A stretch of DNA of 64,000 nt from an uncultured delta proteobacterium (GCA_963733195.1 CAVTCR010000073.1:96001-160000); one strand, 5' to 3'; shown: positions 11,102-21,727, numbered from the stretch's first letter. Translations and numbers: made by a program. Notes: generated by a model from the sequence alone, not told the origin.

Positions 11102-11204
11102 TTTCAGTCGAGAGTACCAATGTGGTGTGATCCAATTTAGCAAAAATTTTCTTTTTCTCCATTTCCCCGTTTATCCCTCATCCTTTATCCCTTATCCTGA
11201 GTGA

Positions 11205-12035
11205 ATGAATTTTTATCGCCTCCGGAATCGTGTCTTCGCTCTGTTCTTCAGCCGGTTTCCTGGACTAACGAAGCGCTGGCTTGAAGGACAGCAATTGGAT
11301 GATTATGGACCTCCGCCGTGGACTCCTCTACGGAAACCGCTCGCGACATGTACGGTGGCCTTGGTAACCACCGCGGGAGTGCATCTGAAGACTGATGAGC
11401 CATTTGATATGGCGGACAAAGATGGAGATCCTAGCTTTCGTGTCATACCGCGAGAAACCACACTTAGACAATTGAGGATTACGCATGATTACTATGACCA
11501 CCGCGATGCCGATAAAGACCTCAACATCGTCCTGCCGTTGACGCGTCTGGAGGAACTCGCCCACGAGGGAGTCATCGGTGGGATTGCACCGTTTCATTAT
11601 AGTTTCATGGGTCACATCGATGGTAGTCACATTCAGCAATTGTTAACGGTGACTGCACCGGAAGTTGCACGACGACTCAAACGAGAACTAGTGGATGCTG
11701 TTGTGCTGACGCCTACGTGAGGATTGTGTAACCGGTCCGTCGGACTGGTCGCTAGAGAAATTGAACGGCACGGGATACCAACGGTGTCGGTGAGCATCCA
11801 GCGAGAATTGACAGAGAAAACTCGGCCTCCACGTGCAGTGTTCCTGCGTTGGCCGTTTGGACATCCGCTTGGCGAGCCATTCAATGTGGCCCAACAGCGC
11901 TGGGTGTTGTTAGATGCTTTGCGGGCGTTGCTCGATATTCATACACCTGGGACTATTATTGATCTGCCGTATTTATGGCGGAGACCAGGGCCGTGGGACA
12001 AGAATGAAGAGTTAAGAATGAAGAATGCAAAATGA
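11205..12035 (+). CDS. PrdB/GrdB-like selenoprotein (glycine/sarcosine/betaine/D-proline reductase protein B family); Sec at TGA 11718-11720
   Basis: ORFs 11205-11720 and 11724-12035 are in frame, joined by TGA: LTPT-U-GLCNRSVGLVAREIERHGIPT (UxxC); ALVTTAGVH, GDPSFRVIP, HDYYDH and FMG motifs. Confidence 0.9.
11731..11749 (+). promoter_or_regulatory. bacterial SECIS-like hairpin
   Basis: ACCGGTCC-GTC-GGACTGGT stem-loop starting 11 nt after the UGA, with G in the apical loop. Confidence 0.7.
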
Positions 12036-12120
12036 AGAATGGAAAACAAAAAAATTCCAAGCAAGGCCAAAATTGCGGAATTCTCAATTCTTCATTTTTA
12101 ATTTTTAATTCTTAATTTTC
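12001..12120. repeat. heptamer tandem repeats arranged as an inverted pair (AGAATGA / TTCTTCATT)
   Basis: AAGAATGAAGAGTTAAGAATGAAGAATG... then ...AATTCTCAATTCTTCATTTTTAATT; forms the selenoprotein C-terminus. Confidence 0.75.
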
Positions 12121-12128
12121 GTAATGCC

Positions 12129-12806
12129 ATGCGCATCTCGATCATCATCCCCACACTCAATGAAGCTCCCTCGATCGTGCAGACGCTCGCGCGTGTACGA
12201 CAGGAAGGCGAGTGTGAGTTGATTGTCGTTGACGGAGGCAGTGACGATAGTACGCTGGAGCTTGCGCGTTCACACGCAGATCTTGTGGTCACTGCGCCGC
12301 GCGGACGTGCACAACAAATGAACACTGGCGCGCGTGAAGCGAACGGTGAGGTGTTGCTGTTCCTCCATGCCGATACGAGACTTCCGTCGGGATTCCTCCA
12401 GCTTCTTACGCAAGCGCTCAATGATCCTCAAGTGGTAGGAGGTCGGTTCGATGTCCGTCTTGACGCAGATGGATGGCCCTTCCGTATGATCGAAACGATG
12501 ATGAACCTGCGTTCTCGGTTGACAAGAATCTCAACTGGGGACCAAGCGATCTTTGTCCGCCGACAGGTGTTCCAGAAGATCGGCGGGTATCCCGATCTTG
12601 CCTTGATGGAAGATGTAGAATTTAGCCGCAAACTGAAACGAGAGGGAAAGATTGCGTGCTTACACGAGCGAGTAGTGACCTCAGCCCGACGTTGGCAGCG
12701 GGACGGTGTATTCCACACGATCGTGCGGATGTGGGTCTTACGGTTGTGTCACTTTTGGGGAGTGCCCGCGTCTCGATTGCGAGAGTTTTATGCGGATACG
12801 CGATGA
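12129..12806 (+). CDS. GT2 glycosyltransferase, TIGR04283-like (rSAM/selenodomain-associated transferase 2)
   Basis: IIIPTLNEA, VDGGSDD, RGRAQQMNTGA, FLHADT, GDQAIF, MEDVEFS and TSARRW motifs. Confidence 0.9.
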   Translation: MRISIIIPTLNEAPSIVQTLARVRQEGECELIVVDGGSDDSTLELARSHADLVVTAPRGRAQQMNTGAREANGEVLLFLHADTRLPSGFLQLLTQALNDPQVVGGRFDVRLDADGWPFRMIETMMNLRSRLTRISTGDQAIFVRRQVFQKIGGYPDLALMEDVEFSRKLKREGKIACLHERVVTSARRWQRDGVFHTIVRMWVLRLCHFWGVPASRLREFYADTR

Positions 12807-12860
12807 AGGCAGGCTTCAGGATTTGGGATCTAGGATTTAGAGGGGATATGTTTTGCTTTC

Positions 12861-12885
12861 GTAGGGGCACGGCGCGCCGTGCCCT
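12861..12885. repeat. GTAG-type REP palindrome within heptamer repeats
   Basis: GTAGGGGCACGGCGCGCCGTGCCCT between convergent genes. Confidence 0.7.
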
Positions 12886-12925
12886 GTATTCTTTTCCGTA
12901 AAGCCCAAAGCCTATATCCCAAAGT

Positions 12926-13852
12926 CTACTTCACTTCCCCAGCATAAATCTGCATGCACGTGCGTAAGAAGGATAACGCTTCTCCTTGTTGTCGTTGGAA
13001 GGAGTTGCGACCAATGATTGAGCCAAAACCACCACCATCACGGATCGCGCGTACTTCGTTAAAGAAGGCTTCGTCATTGTCACTCTTCGCGCCACCCGAG
13101 AAAATCACAATACGTTTGCCGTTGAAGGAACTTTGTACGACGTGGCTAACGCGCTGCGACAAGGTTTCAATCGGAATGTGATGCTTCTGATAGACTTTCT
13201 TCGCCTCGCCTAACTCGATATGCGCACTCGGTAACTTGACCTTGACGATGTGAGCACCGAGCTGACAGGCAATCTGTGCAGCATAGGTGACGACATCGAC
13301 GGCGGTTTCGCCTTCCTTGCTAAGATCGGACCCGCGGGGATACGACCAGAGCACCATCGCAAGCCCTTTTGACTTTGCTTCCTTTGTAATCTCCCGTGCC
13401 TGTTCGTACATGGTCTGGGCTTGGGAGGAACCGGGGTAGATCGTGAAACCAACTGCTACGCAGCCTAGGCGGAGCGCATCATCAACACTCGCTGTGACAG
13501 AAGACAGGGGGTCTTTCTCGTCGTGTAGTGTGTCGTGATTGTTGAGTTTGAGAATCAGCGGGATCTCACCGAGAAATTTGGTGACTCCGGCTTCGATGAA
13601 CCCGAGGGGAGCCGCGTAGGCGTTACAACCTGCCGCAAGGGCAAGCTGGTAATGATAATCTGGGTCGTATCCTGCTGGGTTGGGTGCGAAACTGCGAGCG
13701 GGACCATGCTCAAATCCTTGATCGACGGGGAGAATCACTAGTTTCCCAGTGCCGCCAAGCCGACCGTGGTTGAGCAGGCGCGCAATGTTGGTTCGTGTTC
13801 CTGGGTTATCACTCTCATACCAGCTCAGAATTTCACGGACACGTTCTGTCAT
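12926..13852 (-). CDS. fbaB: class I fructose-bisphosphate aldolase (DhnA type)
   Basis: ILPVDQGFEHGP, GFTIYPGS, WSYPRG, VKVK and GSIIGRNSFQR motifs. Confidence 0.95.
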   Translation of the reverse strand: MTERVREILSWYESDNPGTRTNIARLLNHGRLGGTGKLVILPVDQGFEHGPARSFAPNPAGYDPDYHYQLALAAGCNAYAAPLGFIEAGVTKFLGEIPLILKLNNHDTLHDEKDPLSSVTASVDDALRLGCVAVGFTIYPGSSQAQTMYEQAREITKEAKSKGLAMVLWSYPRGSDLSKEGETAVDVVTYAAQIACQLGAHIVKVKLPSAHIELGEAKKVYQKHHIPIETLSQRVSHVVQSSFNGKRIVIFSGGAKSDNDEAFFNEVRAIRDGGGFGSIIGRNSFQRQQGEALSFLRTCMQIYAGEVK

Positions 13853-13930
13853 AGGGCTCCTCCTTAAATGATAGAGCAGTGAAGCAGGCTGCTGCTATGG
13901 TAACCTGAATGGCTAACGATTTTCAACGTG

Positions 13931-14926
13931 TTACCTGTAAAAGGATTCTGCCTGCAAAACATCTTCAGCGCTGCCGATCAACAACGGTACACGCTGGTGC
14001 AAACTCGTGGGTGTCACATCAAGAATTCGCTGCGTGCCATTGCTGGCTTTTCCTCCTGCGTGCTCTGTAACCATTGCTAAGGGATTGGCTTCATACATCA
14101 AGCGAAGTTTACCATTGATATTCTTTGGGTCTGAAGGATAGAGAAAAATCCCACCTTTCAATAACGTGCGGTGATAATCAGCGACGAGTGAGCCAACGTA
14201 TCGCGCTCCGTATGGGCGTCCGGTGGCTTTGTCCTTTTGCTGAACGTAGTCAATGTATCCTTTGGTTGGCGCATTCCATTCCAAGCGCCGTCCTTCGTTA
14301 ATACTATAAGTCGAGCCGCGTTTTGGAATACGGATGTTTTCGTGAGAAAGCAAAAATTCTCCAAGCCCTGGCTCAAGGGTAAAACCGTGGACACCGTTAC
14401 CAGTGGTGAACACAAGCATCGTGCTAGACCCGTATAACGCATACCCCGCAGCGATCTGTTGATTGCCAGGAAGATGGAGCGCTTTGACGAGGTCTGCTCC
14501 TGCCACTTCTCGTGGCCGGCGATGGACGGAGAAGATTGAACCAACAGTGACATTGACATCGATATTCGAGGAACCATCCAAAGGATCAACAAAGACGACA
14601 TACTTCCCTTTGTCGTTACCGAGGATCTGGGCTGGCTGCGCCATTTCCTCAGAGACGACTTCGCCAACTAACTCACCGTACTCAAAAGCCCTCAGAAATG
14701 CATCGTTGGCGAGGATGTCCAGCTTCTGGACGATCTCGCCTTGGACGTTCACTTCCTCGGTTGCTCCTAAAATACCGAGGAGACCTGCGCGCCCGAGTTC
14801 GTACGCAATCTGCCTGGCTGCCCAGGAAATTTGCGACATGAGGATTGAAAACTCTCCGGTTGCACCAACGTGTGTCTGTTGTTGTTGCAGAAGATAGCGT
14901 GGAAGGGTAACAGCTGTATTCTTCAT
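13931..14926 (-). CDS. fbp: class 1 fructose-1,6-bisphosphatase
   Basis: VSEE, DPLDGSSNID, RYVGSLVAD and GKLRLMYEANP motifs. Confidence 0.97.
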   Translation of the reverse strand: MKNTAVTLPRYLLQQQQTHVGATGEFSILMSQISWAARQIAYELGRAGLLGILGATEEVNVQGEIVQKLDILANDAFLRAFEYGELVGEVVSEEMAQPAQILGNDKGKYVVFVDPLDGSSNIDVNVTVGSIFSVHRRPREVAGADLVKALHLPGNQQIAAGYALYGSSTMLVFTTGNGVHGFTLEPGLGEFLLSHENIRIPKRGSTYSINEGRRLEWNAPTKGYIDYVQQKDKATGRPYGARYVGSLVADYHRTLLKGGIFLYPSDPKNINGKLRLMYEANPLAMVTEHAGGKASNGTQRILDVTPTSLHQRVPLLIGSAEDVLQAESFYR

Positions 14927-15258
14927 AATTCCCTCTTTACGAAGATTGAATTTACCCGTTTGCGGTGCAGGGGTACGCTACCTTTTCTTGTATCATAGAG
15001 ATGTCTAATGAAGAACTATCAGGAGCGAGGAATGCGAGGAGAGGGGTGGATCGACAGGGAAGGGGCTGTGGGGGTGGTGGGGGTGGTGGAGGTGCCGCCT
15101 TCCCTGCCGCGTCCGTAAATATAGAACGGCAAAGGACAAAAAAACTTAAGAGGAAACGCCGAGAAAAGAAATAACGCAGCATGCTGCACTCTATGTAGTT
15201 CTTTCGTTCTTTTTGTCATGTTAACTACTGATGTGATTATGTTGCTTCTGTTTCATCG

Positions 15259-16083
15259 TTAACGTTGTAAAAATTGCGAGACAAGTTCTGCGGCCCGTTG
15301 AGGTTGTTCGAGCAACAGGCTATGTCCTGCGCCGGGGACGCGCGCGACTTCTGCATGCGCTAATCCTTGCGCAAACACTTCAGCTAGCCCGACTGGAGCT
15401 AAACGATCGTCTTCCGCCCAGACGAGTAGGGTTGGTGTGGGAATACGAAAGAGACGGTCCTTTAATCGCGGATTGTGGAGATAGGGTGGCTTCCAGCCAA
15501 GTCGTGCAGCGACCATTTGGGCCTTATAGAAGAGCATTGTCATCTCAGGGGACATCTGATCAGGAATGGCACCCATTGCTAACTCTGAATGTTGGTCGTG
15601 GAAGAGCAATTCTCGGACTTCCTGCTGTCCCCCTTCTGCCTTTGGCGTGACGGTATAAAAGAAGTTGCCAATGCGTGCGTGTGGGACTGAGATACCGAGA
15701 GGATTAATGAGGACGAGTTTGTGCAACCGATGTGCGTAACGGGTAGCGAATTCGGTAGCAATCCACCCTCCTAATGAAACGCCCACGACATGTACCTTGT
15801 CGAGCTGCAAGGCGTCGAGAACGTCCCGACAAAAGAACACGGCATCTTCGACGGTTTCAAGATCATCAAAACCCTCGCTATCGGCATATCCAGGAAGCGC
15901 AGGAGCATACATAGAAAACGTCGACGCAAGTGTATCATGAAAGGCAGTAAACCCTGCATTACTTGGGAGACTGTGAACGTCGGCAACGATTCCGTGTAAG
16001 TACAACACTGGAGTGCCGTTGCCACCACGGAGAAGCTGAACTTTCTTGTTACGAATAGTCAATGTCTCTAATTGGAGTGTCAT
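15259..16083 (-). CDS. alpha/beta fold hydrolase
   Basis: LYLHG, GVSLGG nucleophile elbow, GAGH..LEQP. Confidence 0.9.
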   Translation of the reverse strand: MTLQLETLTIRNKKVQLLRGGNGTPVLYLHGIVADVHSLPSNAGFTAFHDTLASTFSMYAPALPGYADSEGFDDLETVEDAVFFCRDVLDALQLDKVHVVGVSLGGWIATEFATRYAHRLHKLVLINPLGISVPHARIGNFFYTVTPKAEGGQQEVRELLFHDQHSELAMGAIPDQMSPEMTMLFYKAQMVAARLGWKPPYLHNPRLKDRLFRIPTPTLLVWAEDDRLAPVGLAEVFAQGLAHAEVARVPGAGHSLLLEQPQRAAELVSQFLQR

Positions 16084-16194
16084 TGCTTTGTCCTACAGAA
16101 ATGGCGTACTTGACGTGGCGCACGAGCACGAGAATGCGGAGGTGCCACGTGCAACGCGAGAGTGATAAAAAACCACCCCTGCTATGCTGTAGAC

Positions 16195-17433
16195 CTACGC
16201 GTGAGTGTCGTGTTGCGGTTGGGTTCTGACGCCAGGCAAGGAGGCGAACTCCAAATCGGCGTACTTGCGGACGTAAGGGAAAACCTCGGTCGCCAGCAGT
16301 TCCATGTTCTTGCGCGTCAAGTGATCAGGGAGGCTACCGAATTGAGGGAGCGCGAGCAGGTGGCCGACCTTGAACTCAAGTACATACTTCAGCAGTTGTT
16401 CGCGTACCTTTGCCGCACTGCCGATGAGCACAGATCCGCCGGCTTCGACGTCATCCCACGTGCGGGCGTGACCTAACTGCCAGTTTGACGCGCCACTCTC
16501 ATTTCCGGGTGCACTAATTTCCTGTAAGCGTTGCAGCGATTTCAATGAAGTGTAACCCGGAGGCATCCAGGCTCGACCTTTACCGGCAAAGCCTTTGAGC
16601 AGTTTGTCAATGAAATACCATACATGCTCTTCTGCTTCAGCGCGGGCTTGCTGGTCTGTCTCGGCGACGTAGATTGGCACCAGCCATCCGAGTTGTTCAG
16701 GATTACACGGCTTATTCGCGCGTTCGACCGCGTGCCAAAAATAGGCGGCGTTTTGGCGGAACGAGTCGACATGAGCATAGGTGAGCGCAGCATAGATGAA
16801 GCCGCGCTCGGCCACGAAGTCCATAGTCTCAACGCTGCCTGCGCCAGGAATCCATACCGGAGGGTAGGGCTTTTGTACTGGTCGCGGCCACGGGTTAACG
16901 TACTGAAATTGATAATGTTTGCCATCCCATGAGAACGGTCCCGGGTCAGTCCACGCTTTGATGATCAGATCGGTAGCCTCACGGAAACGTTCGCGAGCAA
17001 AAGTAGGATTAATGTTGTACGAGTAGTATTCCGGTCCACCACCGACGACAAAGCCGGCGTCAAACTTGCCGCGGAACATGTTGTCGAGCATGGCAAATTC
17101 TTCAGCGATTTTGATCGGTACTTCGTAGAGCGGCAACCCATTGCCCAACACCATGACCCGTGCCCGCTGTATACGCTGTGATAATGCTGCGGCAATTAAA
17201 TTGGGCGAGGGCATAATTCCGTAGGCGTTCTGATGATGCTCATTGATGACCACACCATCGAAGCCTAACTGGTCAGCGTAGACCAGTTGGTTGATATATT
17301 GATGGTACACATCTGGTCCGCGCTGCGGGTCAAACAAAGAGTTTGGGCACGTGACCCAAGCGGTGTCATATTTTTCCTCGAAGTCTTGAGGCAAATGCGG
17401 CCACGGCATTAAATGAAACATCCAAAATTTCAT
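16195..17433 (-). CDS. LLM-class flavin-dependent oxidoreductase
   Basis: NEHHQNAYGIMPSPN, AEEFAMLD and PRPVQKPYPPVW motifs. Confidence 0.93.
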   Translation of the reverse strand: MKFWMFHLMPWPHLPQDFEEKYDTAWVTCPNSLFDPQRGPDVYHQYINQLVYADQLGFDGVVINEHHQNAYGIMPSPNLIAAALSQRIQRARVMVLGNGLPLYEVPIKIAEEFAMLDNMFRGKFDAGFVVGGGPEYYSYNINPTFARERFREATDLIIKAWTDPGPFSWDGKHYQFQYVNPWPRPVQKPYPPVWIPGAGSVETMDFVAERGFIYAALTYAHVDSFRQNAAYFWHAVERANKPCNPEQLGWLVPIYVAETDQQARAEAEEHVWYFIDKLLKGFAGKGRAWMPPGYTSLKSLQRLQEISAPGNESGASNWQLGHARTWDDVEAGGSVLIGSAAKVREQLLKYVLEFKVGHLLALPQFGSLPDHLTRKNMELLATEVFPYVRKYADLEFASLPGVRTQPQHDTHA

Positions 17434-17612
17434 ACATGCTCCCTCTGCATGAACAGTCAGCCCCGTCTACCATATCCTGAGGTCGCTTGCCAAGCGTCAC
17501 CAGAAGGTCAAAAGCTACGTGTGGTGTGATGGGTGCGAGAACCGCTGCCCCTACCAATGCGGAAACGATCCGGGTAGAATCGCGCGGCTACATCAAAAAG
17601 GAGGAGAATCGT

Positions 17613-18497
17613 ATGAGCCAAATTCCGGCTGATTTGCTTGAGTTTATGGAAACGTTACGACCGCCAAAAGGGGTCAACCCCGCTGACATGTTGCAGCGGA
17701 ATGATGCGTTGATGAATGGTAATCCTCCCTCTGTAGGGGCCGTGCATGATGGGGTGCTTCTGCGTGAGGTTGCTGGCTGGCGGCTGACGGCAGATATTTC
17801 TGTCCCGCATGGTAGTGGCCCGCATCCAGTATTGGTGTATTTCCACGGTGGTGGTTGGACGATGGGAAGCCCGAAGACTCACTTGCGCGTAGGCCGAGAA
17901 TTCGCTGCTGCGGGATATCTGACGATCAACATCGATTATCGTCGTGCACCGAAGCACCGGTTCCCAGCGGCGTTCGATGACTGTTTCTTCGCGACGCAGT
18001 GGGCGGTCGAGAATGCGGCGAAGTATGGTGGTGATGCTAAGCGCCTTGCTGTTGGTGGAGACTCCGCTGGCGGAAACCTTGCCGCTGCGGTGTTGGCAGA
18101 GAGCACGAAAAAAGGTGGACCAAAGATTAACGTCGGCGTGCTGATCTACGGTGTGTTTGATTATCACGACACAATGAAAGCTTTGGGGACACCCAAGCCA
18201 GAATCGCAGTTTTATCTTCCTGTCGAGCAGTATGAGACGTTACGCGGCGATCCTCGTGTGAGTCCGCTGAATAGCTGTGCGAAGTTCCCACCATGTTACG
18301 TTGGTGTGGGGACAAAAGACCCAATTTACGCCGAGTCAATCAAGATTGCAGCAGCGTTGAAAGCTGCCGGGATTGATCATGATCTGCACGTGATCGAAGG
18401 TGCTCCTCACGGCTTTTTTCAACTGACGCCGTTACCTGCTTACGCTGAAGGGTATAAACGCGCGATTGGATTTATGGACCGGTACCTCAAGAAGTAA
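17613..18497 (+). CDS. HSL-family esterase/lipase
   Basis: HGGGW, GDSAGGNL and HGF motifs; ATG after AGGAGGAG. Confidence 0.93.
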   Translation: MSQIPADLLEFMETLRPPKGVNPADMLQRNDALMNGNPPSVGAVHDGVLLREVAGWRLTADISVPHGSGPHPVLVYFHGGGWTMGSPKTHLRVGREFAAAGYLTINIDYRRAPKHRFPAAFDDCFFATQWAVENAAKYGGDAKRLAVGGDSAGGNLAAAVLAESTKKGGPKINVGVLIYGVFDYHDTMKALGTPKPESQFYLPVEQYETLRGDPRVSPLNSCAKFPPCYVGVGTKDPIYAESIKIAAALKAAGIDHDLHVIEGAPHGFFQLTPLPAYAEGYKRAIGFMDRYLKK

Positions 18498-18553
18498 TGC
18501 TCGCTTTATGCTTCGACCCCGCTGCTGTAGCTACGCTGCTCAGAAACAAACTC

Positions 18554-18961
18554 TCAGGCAGTGTCCGATTGGGGGAGGAGCGTGAAGCCCAAGTGGGTAG
18601 CGGTGCGTTTGAGCTGGCGAATCGCCCGTTGACGCAGGTGCTCATCATAGGTCTCCTGACTCTGGGGCTGATAGGGCGTGTGATGTTTGAGGACCTGGTA
18701 GAGGATCCGGGCCAACTTATGTGCGGTGGCGGTGATTGCCGACGCCGGGCCTTTACGTGCCCGCAGGCGGCGATAAGAACTGCCCAAGGCGGTTTGCGTG
18801 CGGCCCAGGGTTTGCGCGGCCAAGCGCAACACTTGTGCCGCCCGGCGATTGCCTTTGAGGGGCTTACTGCGCAAGACCTTTCCGCCTGAGATGTCGTTGT
18901 GGGGCGCCAAGCCCAGCCAGGAAGCGAAGTGCTTCTCGGTGGGCCACTTGCTCATATCCGT
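18554..18961 (-). pseudogene. IS110 transposase, C-terminal half
   Basis: DMSKWPTEKHFASWLGLAP..ISGGKVL..AITATAHKLARILY; cut by an IS6 inverted repeat at 18962. Confidence 0.9.
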
Positions 18962-19095
18962 GGATCTGTCGCAAGTTTTCGCCTCAAGAGCGTTCTGCTA
19001 TGCTCCTCAACTAACGGTGAGGGGAGGAGCGGTGGGATGATCGACTTCAAAGGAAGCCAGTTTGAGCGGGAGATCATCATGTGGGGCGTGAGATG
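18962..19095 (+). mobile_element. IS6-family left end with truncated transposase start
   Basis: IR GGATCTGTCGCAAGTT followed by MIDFKGSQFEREIIMWGVRW, similar to the IS6 at 33991. Confidence 0.85.
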
Positions 19096-19233
19096 GCGCG
19101 TCGGATACCTGGTGCACGGATAGTTACTATCACTGGTACTGGCCACGTGAGCTACATCGAACGACCAGAAGCCTTCAACGAGGTCGTATTGCACTTTCTT
19201 AACGGCGTTGACCAAGACGGAGCAGTGCAGTAA
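19090..19233 (+). pseudogene. C-terminal remnant of an alpha/beta hydrolase
   Basis: manual translation MARRIPGARIVTITGTGHVSYIERPEAFNEVVLHFL...*; fused directly to the IS6 fragment. Confidence 0.7.
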
Positions 19234-19316
19234 CACGGACGTTGAAGCAATCGACTGCACCAAGGATAGCCTACGTGGGGAGTGGATCAACCGGTCCAGG
19301 CAAGGAGGCAACTACC

Positions 19317-20505
19317 ATGAAGACCGTTATGAGTGACAGGCGGTGGGCGAAGGCCTATCCGGAGTTAGGGACTGGCCCTGTTCCAGCCGAACCCTGTATT
19401 TCGTCGGCGTACTTCGAGCTTGAACGCGAGCGGGTCTTCCGCCGGGTGTGGTTGAATGTAGGCAGGGTCGAGGAGATTCCTAAGCCGGGAGATTATGTGG
19501 TGAGAGATCTCGCCGTCTGCAACGCGTCAATTCTACTCATGCGGGGGGATGACGGAGTCGTGCGAGGATTTCACAATGTCTGTTCCCATCGTGGGAATCA
19601 AGTAGTCGGGAACAAGAAAGGATCGTGTCGGGGAGGGCTGACGTGCAATTTTCATAGCTGGTCGTATGACAGCAAGGGGCAACTCGAAGTGGGTGCCGGA
19701 CGAGGAGAATTTTTTTGGCCTGCAGAAAAGCGAGTACGGGCTGACGCCAGTTGCCACCGACATCTGGGAAGGGTTTATCTTCATCAACCTGGATCCGCGT
19801 CCGCGGGAGAGTCTCACCGCCTACCTTGGAGGAGTCGCCGAGCAGCTCGGCGGCGGTCGCTTTGAGCGACTGACGTTAGCCCACACCTATAAGGTAGACG
19901 AACGGGCCAATTGGAAGGTGGCGCTCGATGCCCAGAATGAGGTGTATCATTTACCCTTCCAACACCGGTACTCGTTCCCGGATGTCTTTGCGCTCAAAGA
20001 GAATCGTTATACCCGGCTCCTGGATGTCAAATTCTTTCGTGAGCACAGTGTGTACTCGTGCGAGATCAATCCTGCACATAAAGTGAGTGTCAGCGAGGCG
20101 CTCATGGCTCGCCTGGACACCTCCACCACGGAGTGTCGGCTGCCGCTGATCGGAGACTTTGACTTCTATACGATTTTTCCGAACTTTGTCGTGCTGCTCT
20201 TTCGGGGTCTGACGAAGGACTACTTCATGACGTACAACTTCTGGCCGCTCGCGGTGGATCACACCATTTGGGAAGTCAATGTGTACTTTCCCCCGGCAGA
20301 CAACGTGGGACAACGGATCGGGCAAGAATACATGACGTGCCGCCTTCGCAATGTGCTCCAGGAAGATGCCACCGCCCATGAAACCGTGCACGCTGGTCTG
20401 GCATCGAGGGCAAAGACCCACGTGCTCCTGCAGGATGACGAGATTCAGATCCGGCACTTTCACAAAACGCTGGAAGACCACGTCGGATTCTACACAGGAG
20501 CGTGA
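19317..20505 (+). CDS. Rieske aromatic ring-hydroxylating oxygenase alpha subunit (frameshift near 19685)
   Basis: CSHRG...CNFHSW Rieske motif; NWKVALDAQNEVYHLPFQH mononuclear Fe motif; QED. Confidence 0.9.
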
Positions 20506-20511
20506 AGGCCT

Positions 20512-20856
20512 ATGGAACAAGAGAGAACGACCGCATCTCAGGGGATCCTGCCGGCGCCGTTTCGCAGCCTGGAACTTTTCGGCGCATGGGCACTGGCGAC
20601 GGAAAGTGAACGTATCCACAAACGCCTCGCGAGCTCGATCGAAGAGCTGCGGGTGTTTTACGGTGCCATGCTGCCGCAGATGGAAACGATCGTGCCGTAT
20701 CTCAATCAGTTCCCCCTTGAAGGCATGCCAGAGGATGTGCAACGCCTGTTCTTGCTCACACTCTCATTCGTGGAAGTCACGAGTGCGGTCGAGTTATACG
20801 GGCAACCAGGAGTGATAAACGGCTTTGACCCTGCGCGTTTTCTTCCTGTGGAATGA
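20512..20856 (+). CDS. conserved hypothetical protein coupled to the Rieske gene
   Basis: LP.PF..LE.F..WAL.TE.ER..KR..SS.EEL..FY pattern; starts 6 bp after the oxygenase stop. Confidence 0.75.
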   Translation: MEQERTTASQGILPAPFRSLELFGAWALATESERIHKRLASSIEELRVFYGAMLPQMETIVPYLNQFPLEGMPEDVQRLFLLTLSFVEVTSAVELYGQPGVINGFDPARFLPVE

Positions 20857-20929
20857 CAATCCTGCTGCTGGTATGACTCTTCAGCGTGACGAGCGTCACG
20901 CGAGACCCAGAGAGAGAGGAAGGTGAGTT

Positions 20930-21705
20930 GTGGCAGGTCGACTAGATCAGAAAGTCAGCGTTGGTGACCGGAGGCGCCTCGGGTATTGGACGAGCCGCAG
21001 CTCTGGCCTTTGCTCGGGAAGGAGCCAGGGTTGTCGTTTCCGATGTAACTGTTGTCGGAGGCGAAGAGACTGTGCAGATGATTCAGGCCACCGGCGGCAC
21101 GGCCATGTTTGTGAAGGCGGATGTCTCTCAGGGGAACGAAGTTGAGAGAATGGTCAAGCTGGCGGTGGAGACCTATGGTCGGCTGGACTGTGCGTTTAAC
21201 AATGCCGGCATCCAGGGGGATCTGGCGCAGACGGCCGAATGTAGCGAAGAGAATTGGCAACGCATCATCGCCATCAACCTGACCGGAGTGTGGCTCTGTA
21301 TGAAACATGCAATCCCGTTCATGGTGCAGCGAGGCTCCGGCGCCATTGTCAATACGGCCTCAAACTTTGGCTTGGTGGGGTCGAACGGGATGCCAGCCTA
21401 TGCGGCAAGCAAGCACGGAGTCTTGGGACTCACCAAAACAGCGGCCCTAGAGTATGCCAAGGCGGGAATCCGTATTAACGCCGTCTGTCCCGGACCAACC
21501 CAGACCCCGTTGGTGGACAACGTCTTACGCCAGCAGCCCCAGCGTGCAGAACCAAATAGTCGCAGCAATTCTAGCCAGGGAGCCCGTGGGGCGGATGGGG
21601 CGGCCCGAAGAGATTGCCGAAGCCGTGGTGTGGCTTTGTTCGGAGGCCGCTTCTTTTGTGACTGGCATCGCCCTGGCCGTGGACGGCGGCTATGTGGCGC
21701 AATAG
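20930..21705 (+). CDS. SDR family oxidoreductase (frameshifts near 20955 and 21550)
   Basis: [17 protein letters not shown] and VDGG motifs across three frames. Confidence 0.88.
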
Positions 21706-21727
21706 GCAATAGGGCAAAGGAGGAATT

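Noticed and set aside
12001-12120. Repeat tracts as a CRISPR array
   Set aside because: 7-nt tandem units without unique spacers; no cas genes or regular repeat-spacer pattern anywhere in the window.
14952-15219. Poly-Pro and poly-Gly ORFs
   Set aside because: By-products of a G/C-rich non-coding hairpin; no RBS or protein-like composition.
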